Source: an uncultured Nitrospiraceae bacterium (GTDB taxonomy: Bacteria; Nitrospirota; Thermodesulfovibrionia; Thermodesulfovibrionales; Dissulfurispiraceae). Taken from it: 64,000 bases of DNA. Where the stretch lies: positions 160,001 through 224,000 of the forward strand of contig CAVPIW010000006.1 of NCBI GenBank assembly GCA_963705105.1. Reading direction: 5' to 3'. The translations under genes were made by a program, and so were the position numbers. Below are positions 41,154-50,660 of the stretch, piece by piece (the first letter of the stretch is position 1; every line of letters begins with the position of its first letter). A model generated the notes under the pieces. That model worked only from the letters and a program-made list of their open reading frames with translations, did no database searches and had not been told where the DNA came from.

Positions 41154-41488
41154 CGGCAGTCGCGCATCGGCTCACTGTCGATCTCGTGCACGCGGCCGTT
41201 GCGCATGTGTACTTTGGCGCAACTGCCGACCGTCAGGGGTCCCTCGGACAGATCGAATTGCGTCCCGGCGTCGGTCTTGAAGGTACGCCCGCCGATCACC
41301 CATTCACCATGCAGTGCCTTCTCCGGTCGTGATTGGACAATGCCGTAGAACTCCGACCGACTGTCGCCGTCGCCGCCGCGCTTGGCGAGCGCCATATCAG
41401 GTGCCACAATCAGCACCAGGGCAATGGTGAATACAAGTGCGCTGATAATGATGGTAGAGACTTTTACCTGATTTGTTGAAAGAAGCAT
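41150..41488 (-). CDS. Small secreted protein (DUF5666-like)
   Basis: Signal peptide; FYGIVQSRP..GEWVIGG...VGSCAKV...EIDSE. Confidence 0.7.
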   Translation of the reverse strand: MLLSTNQVKVSTIIISALVFTIALVLIVAPDMALAKRGGDGDSRSEFYGIVQSRPEKALHGEWVIGGRTFKTDAGTQFDLSEGPLTVGSCAKVHMRNGRVHEIDSEPMRDCR

Positions 41489-41542
41489 TTTCGATCCTCC
41501 TTCCTGAGTTCATTTGTAAAGCCACGGTCAGCATAAGATTCT

Positions 41543-41614
41543 GTCATTATGTATAGCCCGGAATCCTTCTCATTTTCAGAAGGATTGCCGACGCGCTCCG
41601 CTTGCGGCAATGAC
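41543..41614. repeat. Family B hairpin element (diverged)
   Basis: GTCATT...CCGGAATC...TTTTCAGA.GGATTGCCGACG...TTGCGGCAATGAC, preceded by CCACGGTCAG as in the 19/34-kb copies. Confidence 0.75.
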
Positions 41615-41813
41615 GGCTTTACGAGTGTTTGATTGCCGGGCTAACATTTCATTTTAGCTAATCATATCCAAAGAAGGACGGCCTGTCAACGCTGAAGACC
41701 ATGGATGGCCTCGCCTTTTCGCCCCTCGAAGGGCCGGTCGTTGACCTTCAATCCTGATCCCGGGGTCTGTGATGAAACGATTCACCCTGCCTTTTCATAC
41801 GGCAGGAAGGTAT

Positions 41814-42014
41814 GTCGTAACGTTGCATACGATCCTTGGAAAAGCGGGGTGTATGCGCCGAAAACCTTGATGCGGCGACACCTGTATCAAAACGAAAGAC
41901 GAGGCATACGCCGATGTCAGGAGAATTGGACATCTTTTCCGACACTGACACTGACACTGACACTGACACTGTTTTCAGAGTGCTTCGCCCCGCTTTTTTG
42001 TGCAACTACAAGGT
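41814..42014. repeat. Family A element, copy 6 (type I, reverse orientation)
   Basis: Reverse complement of copies 3 and 7, with a GACACT tract. Confidence 0.93.
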
Positions 42015-42057
42015 ATACTAACATTATAAAGACCTTGTTCACAGGAGATGAGTTTTA

Positions 42058-44208
42058 GTGGAAGCGAAACCGGGAAAGGAAGTATTCGGTCTCCGGCGCA
42101 TCGGTTCGGTGCCCGCCAAGGTCGCGCTTGTTTATGTGCTCGTCGGGTGCCTCTGGATCCTCCTTTCCGACCGCGCCATATCGGCTCTCTTTCAGGATCC
42201 CCTCACGATCGCCCGGATGCAAACCATCAAGGGATGGGGCTTTGTCCTGGTCACGGGCCTCATACTCTATATTCTCCTCCGGAACATCTTCTCCAAGCTC
42301 GGCCATTCCGAGGATGCCCTCCGCTACGCCGAGAACAAGTTCCGCACTCTCGTGGAACAGGCGCTCGTCGGCATCTACATCATCCGGGAGGGCAGGTTCA
42401 TTTACGTCAATCCGGGGTTCCAGGAGATTTTCGGATACACGATGGATGAAATCCTCGCTATGCCGTCAATCCTGGAGCTTGTCGCCGAGAGTGACCGGCA
42501 TATCGTCGCCGATAATGTGCGCATGCGTCTTGCGGGCGCCGTTCAGAGCCTTCATTACTCGTTCACGGGGAGAAAAAAGGACGGCGCCCGCATCGACGTC
42601 GAAGTGCACGGTTCCGCCATCGATTTCGAGGGGAAAAAGGCCATTATCGGAGTCCTCCTGGACATAACGGAGCGCAGGAGGGCGGAAGCGGCCCTGAGGG
42701 ACAGCGAAGAACGCACGCGGCTGCTCATCGACAGCGCCGAGGACATCATCGTCATGCATGACACTGAAGGGACCTACCTCTATTACAACGGTTCCGCCCG
42801 GTACGGCCTGACGGCTGAAGAGGTCGTGGGTAAGAAACCCCGCGATATCTTCGATGAAGCCGTGGCGGAGAAGATCATGGACCAGATCAGGACGGTTGCG
42901 GCAAGCGGCGAAGGCCTTTCCGACGAAAGGGAGGTCCTCTGGCGGGGCGAGCATATGTGGTTTCTCGATCAGGTTTCGCCGGTAAAGGACGCACAGGGAA
43001 AGGTCACGGCAGTTGTCAGGATTTCCCGCAACATCACCGACCGGAAGAAGGCCGAAAGGACGATCGGGGAGAGCGAGGAACGGTACAGGGTCATCGCGGA
43101 GACGGCGTCGGATGCCATTATTACCGTCGATGAGGACAGCAGGGTCGTCTTTGCGAACCGTGCGGTGCTGGACATTTTCGGGTATGAGCCGGAAGATCTG
43201 AAGGGGAAGTTGATGACGGTCATCGTTCCTCCGCGTTTCCGTGACGGTCACATGCAGGGCATGAGGAGGTATCTCGACAGCGGCGTGAAGAAGGCGGGCT
43301 GGAGAGCGAGGGAGCTTCCGGGACTTCACAGGGACGGCTACGAGATACCGCTCGAAATCTCGTATGGTGAATTCGAAAAGGACGGCAGAAGGTACTTCAC
43401 CGGCGTGATCCGTGACATCACGGAGCGAAAGGTCGCTGAAAAAGAGAAGCAGTACAGCGACATGCTCGAAAGATTCAGTCAGCAGATGCAGTCGCTCATC
43501 GCCGAGAGGACGATCAGCCTCCTTGCGCTCAGGCTGGCGGACAGGGTGCGGAACCCTGCCGCCGTCATCGGATGGACGGGAAAGCGGCTGCTGAAACAGG
43601 CCGAGGTCCCCCAGGCATGGAAAGAGCATATGAGCACGATTATCGAGGAGGTGGAGAACCTGGAGGGAATCGTCAAGGAATTCCAGTCCCTGCTGACGCA
43701 CAAGGATCCCGTTTACGCCTACAACGATCTCAACGGGGTTGTGAGAGGAGTCCTGAGCGTTATCGGAAAGGAGGCGGACCGCAGGCATATCAGGCTTGAG
43801 GAGAGCCTCTTTGCGGGGGCTCTCACGATGAACATGCAGAAAGAAACCATGCGCATGGCGATCTTCATCATCATGAGAAACGCCGTCGAGTCAAGCCCTG
43901 AGGGCGGCGCCGTCACTGTCATGACGTCGGAGGAAGACGACAAAGTCATGCTCTCCGTCGCCGACTCGGGGGCGGGCATTCCGAAACGCATGCAGGAGCG
44001 CCTGTTCGATCCCTTTTACAGCGCCAGGATGGAGAGGTACGGCATCGGGTGGCCGCTCGTAAAACAGATCGTGTACGAGCATATGGGGACCGTGGAGATC
44101 GAAAGTGAAAAGGGTGCCGGAAGCCTGTTCACGGTCATTTTTCCAAAAAGGTGGATCGACAGCACCGTGGGAGTCCCGGGTGGAGAGGGCGGCGTTAAAG
44201 GAATATGA
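42058..44208 (+). CDS. Membrane multi-PAS histidine-kinase-like protein lacking the phospho-His
   Basis: Two TMs and three PAS domains; H-box reads LADRVRNP; NAVE, DSGAGI, FDPF and GIG are present. Confidence 0.85.
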   Translation: MEAKPGKEVFGLRRIGSVPAKVALVYVLVGCLWILLSDRAISALFQDPLTIARMQTIKGWGFVLVTGLILYILLRNIFSKLGHSEDALRYAENKFRTLVEQALVGIYIIREGRFIYVNPGFQEIFGYTMDEILAMPSILELVAESDRHIVADNVRMRLAGAVQSLHYSFTGRKKDGARIDVEVHGSAIDFEGKKAIIGVLLDITERRRAEAALRDSEERTRLLIDSAEDIIVMHDTEGTYLYYNGSARYGLTAEEVVGKKPRDIFDEAVAEKIMDQIRTVAASGEGLSDEREVLWRGEHMWFLDQVSPVKDAQGKVTAVVRISRNITDRKKAERTIGESEERYRVIAETASDAIITVDEDSRVVFANRAVLDIFGYEPEDLKGKLMTVIVPPRFRDGHMQGMRRYLDSGVKKAGWRARELPGLHRDGYEIPLEISYGEFEKDGRRYFTGVIRDITERKVAEKEKQYSDMLERFSQQMQSLIAERTISLLALRLADRVRNPAAVIGWTGKRLLKQAEVPQAWKEHMSTIIEEVENLEGIVKEFQSLLTHKDPVYAYNDLNGVVRGVLSVIGKEADRRHIRLEESLFAGALTMNMQKETMRMAIFIIMRNAVESSPEGGAVTVMTSEEDDKVMLSVADSGAGIPKRMQERLFDPFYSARMERYGIGWPLVKQIVYEHMGTVEIESEKGAGSLFTVIFPKRWIDSTVGVPGGEGGVKGI

Positions 44209-44854
44209 GGACGCTCATGGTGGCGATGGACCAGATCACGTCCGTCGGGATCTGGAGGTCGCAGCTCGAATCAAAGAGCAGTTCAGCACGGGCCCCGAAT
44301 TCTTCGTCGGACCGCCAGACGGTGATGACGACGGGCACCCTCGGGAAGGGCAGCAGCCTGACGGCGGCGTCTCCCTGATCAAAGGCCTCACCGCCGAATT
44401 CCGCACCCCGCGCAAAGAACCCGTCAATGTCCTTGTCGTACTTTTCGGCCAGGAGATCGAGAGGCAGAATGTGCGTTCCCCTGAAGAAAATCTGGCCTCC
44501 CTTGATATGGATCGGGTTGACGAGCCGTCCTGAAAACCCGATGTCCCTTGCGCTGACGAGATACCAGACGAGGGAAAGTCCGTAAAAGTACTCCGGGTTG
44601 TTCAGCAGGACGGCGCCCTGCGCCGAGGCCGTGGCTATCCTCTTGTCACGCGGAAAGACCCTGAAGTCGGCGCCGAAGGACGGGACCGTGTAGAAGCCTT
44701 CATCGGCATCGTACGAGATGGAGGCCCTCCGGCAGACGTCGGCCGGGTCGAGCTGAGCCAGCTCCTGCCAGGCCTTCTCCTCGCCCGAGTAGGTCTTGAT
44801 CGTGTCCAGTCCCGCTCCCGCGACGTACTCGTATCGTCTCGTGTCTTCAGACAT
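44195..44854 (-). CDS. DUF3786-family protein
   Basis: GGQIFFRG, PFPRVPV..W..DEEF.ARAELLFD. Confidence 0.85.
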   Translation of the reverse strand: MSEDTRRYEYVAGAGLDTIKTYSGEEKAWQELAQLDPADVCRRASISYDADEGFYTVPSFGADFRVFPRDKRIATASAQGAVLLNNPEYFYGLSLVWYLVSARDIGFSGRLVNPIHIKGGQIFFRGTHILPLDLLAEKYDKDIDGFFARGAEFGGEAFDQGDAAVRLLPFPRVPVVITVWRSDEEFGARAELLFDSSCDLQIPTDVIWSIATMSVLIFL

Positions 44855-44865
44855 ATGAATAGTAT

Positions 44866-45076
44866 ACCTTATCGTTGCAATACACTTCCGGGAAAGGCGG
44901 GGCGAAGCACTCTGAAAACAGTGTCAGTGTGAGTGTCAGTGTCAGTGTCGGAAAAGATGTCCAATTCTCCTGACATCGGCTTATGCCTCGTCCTTCGTTT
45001 TGATACAGGTGTCGCCGCAGCAAGGTTTTCGGCGCATACACCCCGCCTTACCGAATGGCGTATGCAACGATAAGAT
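44866..45076. repeat. Family A element, copy 7 (type I, two right-type ends)
   Basis: ACCTTATCGTTGCAATACACTTCCGGGAAAGGCGGGG...TGCAACGATAAGAT. Confidence 0.93.
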
Positions 45077-45088
45077 ATATCCTGAAAC

Positions 45089-45318
45089 AGTGTGAGTGTG
45101 AGTAACACAGACACTGTTGTGCCCGTTGTGCCGTTTTTCTTTCACTGTCACTGACACTGACACAGACACTGTTGTGCCTGTTGTGCCGTTTTTCTCACAC
45201 TGACACTGACACAGACACTGTTGTGCCTGTTGTGCTGTTTTTCTTTCACTGTCACTGACACTGACACACACACTGTTGTGCCGTTTTTCTCTCACTGTCA
45301 CTGACACTCACACTCACA
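45089..45318. repeat. Tandem array of GACACT/CACACT hexamers with TGTTGTGCC spacers
   Basis: About four units of CACTGTTGTGCC(..GTTGTGCC)GTTTTTCT(T/C)TCACTGTCACTGACAC. Confidence 0.9.
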
Positions 45319-45339
45319 TTGTTGTGCTATCATATTGAT

Positions 45340-46203
45340 ATGGAAATGGTGAGAAACAGGGTGGTCCTCTACCTCAGGATGATCAAGATCGCCCACTCCG
45401 TCTTCGCCCTTCCTTTTGCCTTCACAGGCGCAATACTCGCCGCGTCGGGTTTGCCGTCACTGTGGCAGGTCGCGTGGATCACCGTGGCGATGGTGGGTGC
45501 GCGGTCAGGCGCCATGGGTATGAACAGGATCATCGATGCCCGGATCGACGCCCGGAACCCGAGGACGATGAACAGGGAGATCCCCGCCGGCAAGATCAGC
45601 ACACGGGACGCCGCAATTTTCTCCGTCCTGTCCTTCGCTGTCTTCGCGCTCGCCGCATACAACCTGAACCGCCTCTGTTTCATCCTCTCGCCCATCGCCA
45701 TTGTCGTCATGGTCGTGTATTCGTTCACGAAGCGCTTCACATGGTTCTCGCACGTCGTCCTCGGCCTCGCCCTCTCGGGCGCCCCTCTCGGCGCATGGAT
45801 CGCCGTCCGGGGCGGCATCGACATCACCATCATCCCCCTTGCTGCGGCGGTTGTTTTCTGGCTCGCCGGCTTTGACATCCTCTATGCCCTGCAGGATATC
45901 GAATTCGACCATGCCCACGGCCTCCACTCCATGCCGAAAAGTTTCGGCATCAGGCGGTCTCTCATTCTCTCCAGAATCTTCCATTTCCTCACCTGGGTTC
46001 TCCTCGTGCTGACGGGTCATCTCTTCGGACTTGGGATGCCCTACTGGATCGGGATGACCGTCGTCGGTGTGCTCCTCCTTTATGAGCACTCCCTCGTGAA
46101 AGCCGACGACCTCAGCAGGCTCGACATGGCCTTCTTCAACATGAACGGCTACATCAGCCTCACCGTATTCATCTTCACCCTCTTTGCGGTCCTGTGGACA
46201 TAG
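45340..46203 (+). CDS. UbiA-family prenyltransferase (MqnP-like, futalosine menaquinone pathway)
   Basis: MIKIAHSVFALPFA, MNRIIDARIDARNPRT, YSFTKRFT, FDILYALQD, AFFNMNG. Confidence 0.9.
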   Translation: MEMVRNRVVLYLRMIKIAHSVFALPFAFTGAILAASGLPSLWQVAWITVAMVGARSGAMGMNRIIDARIDARNPRTMNREIPAGKISTRDAAIFSVLSFAVFALAAYNLNRLCFILSPIAIVVMVVYSFTKRFTWFSHVVLGLALSGAPLGAWIAVRGGIDITIIPLAAAVVFWLAGFDILYALQDIEFDHAHGLHSMPKSFGIRRSLILSRIFHFLTWVLLVLTGHLFGLGMPYWIGMTVVGVLLLYEHSLVKADDLSRLDMAFFNMNGYISLTVFIFTLFAVLWT

Positions 46204-47519
46204 CGGAATCGGTCATCTGCGGCGATTACGTCGTCACAATGAACGGGACGTTCGATGTCATCCGGAACGGGGCCGTTGCGGTCGGGGGCAACAGGATCAT
46301 CGATGTCGGCGACGCCGGGTCCGTTCTCAGGAAATATCCCGCCGCAACCGTCAGGGCGGGAGAGGGGAGGGCGTTGCTCCCGGGACTCGTCAATACGCAC
46401 ACCCATGCGGCAATGGTCCTTTTCAGGGGGCTTGCAGACGACCTCCCGCTGAAGGAGTGGCTCGAGCGCCACATATGGCCCGCGGAAAACAGGTGGCTCG
46501 GCGGAGAGTTCGTCTCCGACGCCGTCGCCCTCGCCTGCCTCGAAATGCTGAAGGCCGGCGTGACGACATACAATGACATGTATTTCTTCGGCGATCGCAC
46601 GGCCGAAATAACGAGAAGCATGGGTATGCGGGCGGTGCTCGGCGTGGGCATCCTCGATTTCCCCTCCGTCGCGGCGGAGACGCAGGATCAGTATTTCGCG
46701 AACGCAGAAAGGTTCATCGAACGATGGAAGGATGATGAGTATATCGCCCCCTGCATCGCCCCCCATGCCTCATACACGTGCGGGCCTGACACCCTCAGGA
46801 GGGCCAGGAATCTCGCGGACAGGCTCTCCGTTCCCCTGCACATCCACCTCTCCGAAACGGCCTGGGAGGTTGAAGAGATCCTGCGGCGCTATGGAAGAAG
46901 GCCTGTGGATCACCTCGACCAGATCGGTTTTCTCGGCCCTGACGTCGTTGCCGTTCATTGTGTCCACGTCAGCCATGACGAGATCGGGACCCTGGCGAGC
47001 AGGGGAGTGGGAGTTTCCCATTGCATCGAAAGCAACCTGAAGCTCGCATCGGGCATCGCCCCGGTCCCGGCGATGATCCGGGCGGGCATCAGGGTCGGCT
47101 TCGGCACCGACGGCGCCGCGAGCAACAACGATCTCAACATTCTCGGCGAGTTGTCGACGGCCGCAAAAGTCCACAAGGCTGTTGCCGGAGACCCCACGGC
47201 CCTCGACGCGAAAACGGCGCTCCTCATGGCGACCCGCTGGGGCGCGGAGATCCTGGGTATGGGAGAGACGACGGGGAGTATCGAGAAGGGAAAGTGCGCC
47301 GACATTATTTCGGTCAATCTGCAGAGGCCTCATATGACCCCCTTGTACGACATCTGTTCCCACCTTGCCTATTCGGCGATGGCTTCGGATGTCGACATGG
47401 TTGTTATCGGCGGGAAGACCGTTGTTGAAGGAGGCGCCGTTGTCGCGGGAAGTGAGGAAGAGATCATGTCGAGGGCATCGGCGTGGGGGAGAAAGATTGC
47501 CGTCTTCAACACGAAATAG
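46194..47519 (+). CDS. Amidohydrolase, MTA/SAH deaminase (MtaD) family
   Basis: PGLVNTHTH, APHASYT, HIHLSET, HCIESNLKLASG, GTDGAASNN. Confidence 0.9.
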   Translation: MDIAESVICGDYVVTMNGTFDVIRNGAVAVGGNRIIDVGDAGSVLRKYPAATVRAGEGRALLPGLVNTHTHAAMVLFRGLADDLPLKEWLERHIWPAENRWLGGEFVSDAVALACLEMLKAGVTTYNDMYFFGDRTAEITRSMGMRAVLGVGILDFPSVAAETQDQYFANAERFIERWKDDEYIAPCIAPHASYTCGPDTLRRARNLADRLSVPLHIHLSETAWEVEEILRRYGRRPVDHLDQIGFLGPDVVAVHCVHVSHDEIGTLASRGVGVSHCIESNLKLASGIAPVPAMIRAGIRVGFGTDGAASNNDLNILGELSTAAKVHKAVAGDPTALDAKTALLMATRWGAEILGMGETTGSIEKGKCADIISVNLQRPHMTPLYDICSHLAYSAMASDVDMVVIGGKTVVEGGAVVAGSEEEIMSRASAWGRKIAVFNTK

Positions 47520-47573
47520 AGCCTATGGCATTCGACGAAACCATGGAGCAGGAATAGAGAACAGATCGGTGTT

Positions 47574-50500
47574 ATGAGCATTTCCGGGAAATTATCTGCA
47601 GGATTCATCGGCATGTCCCTCTTCGTTGCCCTCGTCGGCATCGTCGGCTTTTTCGCCAGCGGAGAGATCATCCGGTCCATGGAAGGAGGGGAGAAGCACT
47701 TCCGGACCATCGTATCGATGGCGACCTCGATGAATTACACGATCAAGGCGGCTGAGAGCCACGTGATGCTGTATCTCGTGCTCCATGACCCCGACGACAA
47801 GGCGGAGCATGCCGTCTGGCAGGAAAGACTCGATCAGTTGATTGCCGACGTCGAAGAAGAGGTCGCGATCAAGGAAGCAAAAGATATCGTTGCAACGATC
47901 AGGAAGGAATCCACCCAGTTCCGCAGCTTCAGTAAGGCCCTGTTCGAGTTGTACGAGGCCGATATGAAAAAGAAAGGCTCCTTCAGGATGGAGGAGCATG
48001 CGAACCAGATCAGGAGGTTGAACGGGAGCGCCTCCCTCATCCGTGAACAGGCGATCAAACTCGCCCGCTTCGAAACGGATTTCCTCAACAGGCAGGCGGT
48101 GATCACCGCTGCGACGGACGCCAGCAGTTATGTAAAAAGAGCGGAGGGGCATTTGCTCCTCTATCTGACGCTTCACAATCCCGCTGACAAAGATAAGTTT
48201 TTAAAGCGTCAGGCAGCTATCGGAGACCAGATCTCCGTGCTTCAGGACCGCATCGAAACGGACGAGGGAAAACAGAGGCTCCGGACCATCGTCGACAAGA
48301 CGGAAGAGTTCGCTGCTGCAGGAAAGGCGCTGATCGATTACTACGATGAGGACATGAAAACGTCCGGCGCTTTTGATGTCGTGAGACGTGCCGGCACGTT
48401 GCGGGCATTTCACGATGCGGCACAAATCGTTGCCGAAAGCTGCGTGCATCTTGCGACGCTGAATGTGACGCTCGAGCAGAAACTCAAGGATACGGCGATC
48501 GAGCGGGCCACAGCATACCGCCGGATCATTCTCGGCGTGATCATGGCCTCCTTCATCCTTTCCCTCATCCTCGGGTACCTGAGCGTACAGACCATATCAA
48601 AGCCCATTCTCCGCCTGAGCGAGGCCGTTGCCGAAATCGGCGGGGGAAATCTCGACCGGAAGATCACGTCGATGCCGAAGGACGAGATCGGGCAACTTGC
48701 CGGGACCTTCAACCGGATGGTCGATGACCTCAGGAGGTCAAGGGATGAAGTGGTGTCGGCCAGGGATTTTCTGGACAGCATCATCACGAGCATAACGAGT
48801 TCACTTATCGTGCTGTCGAAGGAGGGGTCCATCAGGTCGGTCAATGAGGAAACGTGCACAATGCTCGGCTATGACGAGGAGGAACTCATCGGAAAACCCC
48901 TGAAGATCATCTTCCCGAGGGAAGCCTCGTTCAGGGCCATCACGATCGAGTTGTGCGATATCCTGAGCGGCCGCGGCTGCATCAGGAACAGGGAGACGTA
49001 TTACAGGACGAGGGACGGGCGGAATATCAACGTCGTCATCTCGGCCTCACCCATCCCTGGTCCGACCGGAGAGATCCAGGGCATCGTCTGTGTCGCCCAG
49101 GACATGACGGAGCGGAAGCAGGCCGAAGACGACCTCAGGGAACGGGAGGAGCAATTCCGCATGACCTTCGACTACGCGCCCAGCGGCATGGCCATGGCAG
49201 GCCTTGACGGGAGGCTGCTCCGCGTCAACAAGGCCTTTTGCAGCATCGTCGGCTACGGCAACGATGAACTTCTGAGCAAAACCTTTGGAGAAATCACTCA
49301 TCCCGATGACCTTGCCCTGAATGTCGCCATGAACGAGAAACTGATCAGGGGAGAAATCACGCACCACGAGATCGAGAAACGATACATCAGGAAGGACGGA
49401 AGTGCCGTATCGACGATTCTGGGAGTCGCGCTGCTTCGGGACAACATCGGCGCGCCCCGTTATTTCATCGCCCAGGTCATCGATATTTCGGAGCGGAAGA
49501 TGGCGGAGGAGGCCCTCGAGTGGTCGGACCGCCAGACGAAGCTCCTCATCGACTCGGTGGGTGAGGGAATATACGGTGTCGGCTGCGACGGGAGAACGAC
49601 CTTCATCAACCACGCCGCGGCGGAGATGCTCGGGTTTGCGGCCGACGAGATCATCGGGCGGGAGATCCACGATTTGATCCATCATCACCGGAGCGACGGC
49701 ACGCCTTATCCCCGGGAGCTATGCCCCATGATCAGGGCTATTTGTGACGGCAAGAGCCGCCGTGTTTCTGATGAACGCTTCTGGAGGAAGGACGGGAGCA
49801 GTTTCCCCGTCGATTACCTGAGCGCTCCGATCCGGGAGAAGGACGGCAGGATCGTCGGGTCCGTGGTGGTCTTCGTCGATATCACGGAGCGAAAGAGACT
49901 GGAGGACGAGCTCATCCGCGCCCGCAAGCTTGAGTCGATCGGGGTCCTTGCCGGCGGTATCGCCCATGATTTCAACAACCTGATCACGGGCGTGCTCAAC
50001 TGCCTGAACCTCATCAAACGGCCGGACACGAATCCTGAGGAGGCCCAACAGGCGATGACCATGGCCGTTGATGCAGCCCGTCAGGCCAGCAGTCTCACAC
50101 AGCAGCTCTTCAGCTTCACCAGGATCGGTGAGCCTGCAAAGAAGACCATGTCCATCGTCAATCTTATCAGGGATGCCGTCAGGCTCTCCCTGAGCAGTTC
50201 GCCGATGACATGCAATCTCATCGTTCCCGACGACCTCTGGCCCGTCGACGTGGATGAAATCCAGATGAGCAGGGTCATTCATAATCTCGTGATCAATGCG
50301 GCAGAATCGATGCCCGACGGAGGAACGGTCACCGTCCGGGCGGAAAATGATAGCGATGTCCGGCAGCATTCGTCATCCGATTGGGAAGGCAGGCATGTCG
50401 TGATTACGGTCGAAGACCAGGGAAAGGGCATTCCGGAGGAGCACCTCGAAAAGATCTTCGATCCCTATTTCTCGACGAAGAAGCGCGGCGACAGGCGGGG

Positions 50501-50660
50501 CATGGGCCTCGGACTGGCGATCTGTTACTCCATCGTGAGAAACCATGACGGTTTCATGACCGTTGCGTCGAAGGTCGGAGAGGGGACAAAAGTATCCGTC
50601 CATCTCCGGGCATCTTCCGCCGTTGCCCCGGACAGGGAAACAGCGGTGTCGTCGCTATGA
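47574..50660 (+). CDS. Sensor histidine kinase (duplicated periplasmic domain, HAMP, 3 PAS)
   Basis: Two TMs, HAMP DEIGQLA, three PAS domains, AHDFNNL, DQGKGI, GMGLGL. Confidence 0.94.
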   Translation: MSISGKLSAGFIGMSLFVALVGIVGFFASGEIIRSMEGGEKHFRTIVSMATSMNYTIKAAESHVMLYLVLHDPDDKAEHAVWQERLDQLIADVEEEVAIKEAKDIVATIRKESTQFRSFSKALFELYEADMKKKGSFRMEEHANQIRRLNGSASLIREQAIKLARFETDFLNRQAVITAATDASSYVKRAEGHLLLYLTLHNPADKDKFLKRQAAIGDQISVLQDRIETDEGKQRLRTIVDKTEEFAAAGKALIDYYDEDMKTSGAFDVVRRAGTLRAFHDAAQIVAESCVHLATLNVTLEQKLKDTAIERATAYRRIILGVIMASFILSLILGYLSVQTISKPILRLSEAVAEIGGGNLDRKITSMPKDEIGQLAGTFNRMVDDLRRSRDEVVSARDFLDSIITSITSSLIVLSKEGSIRSVNEETCTMLGYDEEELIGKPLKIIFPREASFRAITIELCDILSGRGCIRNRETYYRTRDGRNINVVISASPIPGPTGEIQGIVCVAQDMTERKQAEDDLREREEQFRMTFDYAPSGMAMAGLDGRLLRVNKAFCSIVGYGNDELLSKTFGEITHPDDLALNVAMNEKLIRGEITHHEIEKRYIRKDGSAVSTILGVALLRDNIGAPRYFIAQVIDISERKMAEEALEWSDRQTKLLIDSVGEGIYGVGCDGRTTFINHAAAEMLGFAADEIIGREIHDLIHHHRSDGTPYPRELCPMIRAICDGKSRRVSDERFWRKDGSSFPVDYLSAPIREKDGRIVGSVVVFVDITERKRLEDELIRARKLESIGVLAGGIAHDFNNLITGVLNCLNLIKRPDTNPEEAQQAMTMAVDAARQASSLTQQLFSFTRIGEPAKKTMSIVNLIRDAVRLSLSSSPMTCNLIVPDDLWPVDVDEIQMSRVIHNLVINAAESMPDGGTVTVRAENDSDVRQHSSSDWEGRHVVITVEDQGKGIPEEHLEKIFDPYFSTKKRGDRRGMGLGLAICYSIVRNHDGFMTVASKVGEGTKVSVHLRASSAVAPDRETAVSSL

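Noticed and set aside
38002..41488. Prophage or integrative element at tRNA-Leu
   Set aside because: No integrase, phage genes or duplicated att sequence found in the window.
44981..45037. Repeat-encoded Cys-rich peptide MRRKPCCGDTC..., with TGA replacing a Cys codon in three copies (selenopeptide idea)
   Set aside because: The frame, length and start are not conserved across copies and no SECIS is evident. It is better explained as a by-product of the repeat arm.
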